A stretch of DNA of 25,092 nt from Trichinella spiralis. Lineage: Eukaryota. The stretch is taken from positions 1,454,498 to 1,479,589 of the forward strand of contig NW_003526944.1 of NCBI RefSeq assembly GCF_000181795.1, written 5' to 3'. Below the pieces are notes generated by a model. The model had not been told where the DNA came from. It searched no databases and worked only from the letters and a program-made list of their open reading frames with translations. This document shows, piece after piece, positions 21,393 to 25,092 of this stretch. Position 1 is the first letter of the stretch; each line of letters starts with the position of its first letter. A program made the position numbers and the translations under genes.

Positions 21393-23363
21393 TTATTTAT
21401 TTATTCATTTATTTGGTTAAATTGAAAGTTTTTCAGGACAATCATCCTGATCGTGGTGATACACAGCGTGCTGTTTCTGTATATCGTGACGTGGCGGTTG
21501 GATTTTAAAATTTTCAATTTTATGTTCTGTTATTAATTTTATATTGTATTTTTTCAAAAATAGTTATCATGCGCAGAAATTCGTAAGCAGAAAGAAATTG
21601 AATTGGACTTATTGACTTGTACCATTGCCGACTGGGAAGGGGAAGTACGTATTGCTCTGTTGTTGTTGTTGTTGTTGCTGTTGTGCTTTGTTGTTCGTAA
21701 AATTTTAATTTGTTGCTTTTATTTTATTGATGAGTATTTAGCCAATGCATATGTTGGGCGATTTTATATCGGCAGTAACAGCGTATTCGGTTTTTGGGAA
21801 AAGTTGGGAAGGTGATTGCTGCTTGGTGTTGTTCCCTCAAGTTCTGCTGGTACTCCAAGTATCACCTGAATTGAACGGCTACACTTACAAAGTAAATATT
21901 AATAATAAATAGCAGTCGATAAAAAAATGTATTTTCATATTTATAATTTTTTCTCCTTTTTCTGGGTCGAATTCCACTTGTGGACAAAGTAGCGTGCAGA
22001 GTGGTTAACCAGGCTGAACCTGGTCGTTATATGATTGAAATTCGTTCAAAAGTTGACGACAAGACTGTGCTCAGTTTTACTATGAGCAATCCGGATGACT
22101 TGAGCAAATGGCTTGATCGTTTTGAAACTCTGGTCAATGATGGCGGTGATGATGTGCTAATTTCTCCAATTGTTCCTTCTTCTTATGTTAATGTTGAAGT
22201 AGAGGAAAAAGTTGGTCTTCTTTCCGTTGTTGCACGTTTCATGCTTTTTCCTTGCAACAGGAAGAAGTATCTCCATTGATGAAACCGAAACTCTCCAACA
22301 TGCCAAGTCCTGGACATGCAGAGCTTTTCCGTAAGCCAGGTAGAAATTGTTTTTCTTCATGCATGAATCCATCTACAAATACTTATTTGAAATTTTGAAT
22401 TTTTGCTTGCTGCAACTTCACACTTTGTACACTTTTGTAAACTGATATGTTGTTCTTTTGTACAAAATGAAAAAAATTCTCATTTCAATTATTATCTACT
22501 CTCTTTCTATTAATTAATTTGGCTAACTGAAGTTATTTTATAGTTGATCCTGGTAAATCTCTACCTCCGAAGCAGTACAGCGGATATTGCCTTCGCCCAT
22601 TGCCAACGCAGTTGCGAACTGGCGCCCAAGCTGCCAAAGATACGGAAATCAAATTGCGAAAGAAAGGTTTTCTAATTTTTATGAATTACTATGTGTTTTA
22701 TTCTTTGTTTTTTCATTATTGTAATTTTTAGGTTCAGCTGCGCCTGCTGCTGCTGAAGTTGTCTATGATTCGGATGAAATTGAGCTTCTGAAAGTGGTGG
22801 AGATGTTTTGTGGCGGTGATTCACTGAAGCCAGTGGTGGAATCCAGTGCGTTTGTAATATCTTTTTAGAAAAACGATTTTTTGTATACCGTATTTTTTTG
22901 GTTTCGCCAACAGAAAATGTAAGGAATCCTGGTATTCTTATTGCTGAAGATGAAAAGATATTTTTTGAAGAATTTGTTGGTGATGAATTGGTAGTTCATG
23001 AAAAGTATGCATGAAAACATATGAATAATATTAATTAATTAATTTATTTATTTATTAGAACACTTGTTGATACAGTTTATGCGTTGAAAGATCAAGTTCG
23101 AATATTATCCGAGGTTAGATTTTGTTTTCTATTTATGATTGTTACAGCTGATTCATGTTGCTTCCAGTAATACTTATATATATATATATATATTATAATT
23201 ACAATAGATTGTCAATGATTTAACAAAAACAGCACAAAGCGAACAGTCGGCAAGACGTCGTACTGATGAACTGATGTGCCAATTGATGAATGAACGAACT
23301 TCAAACAGCAGTACATTGTCGAATTATACGAAAGATTGGCCCACAGGCGATGGTACAGCTTGA
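19617..23363 (+). CDS. pix-1: PIX/COOL Rac/Cdc42 guanine nucleotide exchange factor (ARHGEF7/beta-PIX-like); exons 19617-19694, 20004-20127, 20501-20586, 20652-20746, 20833-20928, 20988-21110, 21168-21297, 21437-21496, 21564-21644, 21742-21891, 21965-22210, 22261-22330, 22544-22666, 22732-22845, 22914-23004, 23059-23113, 23208-23363; ~625 aa
   Basis: SH3 domain ([45 protein letters not shown]); DH domain ([39 protein letters not shown]); PH domain ([26 protein letters not shown]); CLRP motif; GIT-binding segment ([10 protein letters not shown]); C-terminal coiled coil ([21 protein letters not shown]). The frame is continuous over 16 introns, one of which needs a TG acceptor. Confidence 0.93.
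21325..21402. repeat. (CA)n, (TA)n and (TTTA)n microsatellites in a pix intron
   Basis: Directly visible within intron 21298-21436. Confidence 0.85.
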
Positions 23364-23433
23364 ATTTACGTTTCCTTTATGAAAGGCAATTTTTTAGTAT
23401 TGTTTTTTTCTGATAACATGATTAATTCAGTGA

Positions 23434-23439
23434 AATAAA
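23434..23439 (+). other. Candidate polyadenylation signal of pix
   Basis: AATAAA ~70 nt after the stop codon, with a second one ~15 nt further on. Confidence 0.35.
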
Positions 23440-25092
23440 ACTGCATTAAAATAAACTAACAGTGAGTGTATTTTTTCATTGGTCATACGAATTTATTTGT
23501 TTCAGTACTTACTTTTTTCTATTCTCATATGATATATTTTACAAGTGGATCCACAGCATAGACAATATTTATATTGCTAAAAGTGTATTTTATAGGGAAT
23601 GCAAAATAACAAAGAATGAAGTGATGGTATTTTACAACATGGTGCAGATTATGTTTGATTCTTTCATTTTTTTGTTCATTAAGGATCAATATTAATGAAA
23701 GGTATATTCATAATTTATAAAAACCAAAAATGCAGATCAGCTAACTGCCAATAAATTGTACGAGGGAAACGCCTGCAACGCAAGCAACGAAAAACCAAGT
23801 CAGGTAACAACGGTGAGCATGGACAATTTTGCTTTTGCCATATCGGAAAGTAATATCATTAAGAGCGAATTAATAAAATACGGTATAGTATCGAACTGGT
23901 AATTAAGTTAATATGGATCCCACATAATGAAACGTAGAATATTGAGATGTGATTCAATAAAGAAATTTGCTTTTCGTCAGTGAAATAAATTTTTTAACAT
24001 TTTTCGTGTTCTTGTGAAACGTCTTTCAAAATACAGCTGTATTAACACGAATCAAATATAGTAATATGATTGTATAGATTATATGCTAAATGTCGGTATT
24101 ATTGCACATAATTCAACTCTTTGTACATTACAGAGGACTAACTGTACACGAACAGTCAATGGAAAACGTATTGTAATGTTTATGATTTAAGTGCTTTTAA
24201 TTTTTCAGATGCAGTTGACATTCTATTCATAATTCAATGAGATAATTACTGCATTGTTTGGTTATGTGAATGTCATAATTATAGAAGTGTTTTCTAACAT
24301 TTATGACGCAATTGTACAGACATTTTTTTCTTATAGAAACACAGAATCGAAAGCATAGATTGCAAAACAAACAACTGAAATATGGAACGGAGAAAAATTA
24401 CTTTAAGTTCAACTATACTGTAAAAATAAATTATGCAAGTTAATTTAAAAGTACTGTAATGTACAGTACATTGATTGCCAAATCACCGATAAGAAAGATG
24501 CAAAGTAAGAGACCAATCAGAGAAAAGCAAATGTTGTACCCGTGGTTAATTTCATTTGAGTGATTTTGTATGAACTATAGTGCCGCGTAGCAAGAGTACA
24601 AGTGAACCAAACTGAATCCAGGTAAAAGTTTCAATGATAAAACATACTTTCCTCATGTTTTGCATGAACGATAGTATATCTGAGCAATTTATTTAAGCAT
24701 CACATTTGAATTGTAACAAAAATTAAAAAAACAAGACAAAATTTCCAGTTATGTATATGTAGTTCAAACGTGAGTTGTGTCAAAAAATGTATTTTCAATT
24801 TATTGTTATTAAACTCCGGCGTTTAGACATAACTGTAGAAAATGTCCATTTTTTCAATTTGCACTTGCGTTTTGCATTGAATTTCATTGTGAACAGAACA
24901 GATCGAATATCTCTAAGCGATCAGTGCTTTCTATTATGCAAAATAGTGTTTTTCATAGAGAAAGTTATGTAACTTTACTATATGTAAGCTTCTTTTATTC
25001 TGTTACTATATGTATATGTAAGCTTTCTGCTATGAAATTTCCCTTTTTGGTACGGCATTTTTGAAATTTGAAAATTTCCAATTCCCCCCTGC

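Noticed and set aside
21892..21964. U12-type (minor spliceosome) explanation for the odd pix intron
   Set aside because: The donor is GTAAAT, not RTATCCT, and there is no clear CCTTAAC branch site.
1..23363. Functional clustering of arrestin and PIX (both GPCR/GIT signalling)
   Set aside because: Adjacency alone is not evidence; it would need conserved synteny.
23759..23766. TACGAGGG resembling the start of a mariner terminal inverted repeat
   Set aside because: No partner inverted repeat or transposase fragment is seen in the window.
24974..25026. Short direct repeat TTACTATATGTA..AGCTT
   Set aside because: Two AT-rich copies only, consistent with a local duplication; no array structure.

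Overview
AT-rich eukaryotic genomic DNA with short GT-AG introns, TTTCAG/TTTTAG-type acceptors and many microsatellites. The style suggests a nematode, possibly a clade I (Trichinella-like) species; this is inference only. Three intron-containing genes lie in tandem on the + strand: (1) the 3' part of a beta-arrestin (1-1390); (2) a class IIa histone deacetylase of HDAC4/5/7/9 (hda-4) type (9836-17165, 4 coding exons, ~784 aa, possibly with extra upstream or alternative first exons); (3) a complete PIX/ARHGEF7-type RhoGEF (19617-23363, 17 exons, ~625 aa). No prokaryotic-type system, CRISPR array, RNA gene or intact transposon was found. The most notable observations are: an apparent non-canonical GT-TG intron in pix; an HDAC active site that keeps the catalytic Tyr (EGGY) but has Lys at the conserved HG(N/D/Q)G dyad position; a stop-free 102-nt intron in the HDAC domain; candidate alternative first exons; and a CRE/MEF2 motif cluster in the large HDAC intron. 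All exon boundaries were read by hand and have no transcript support.
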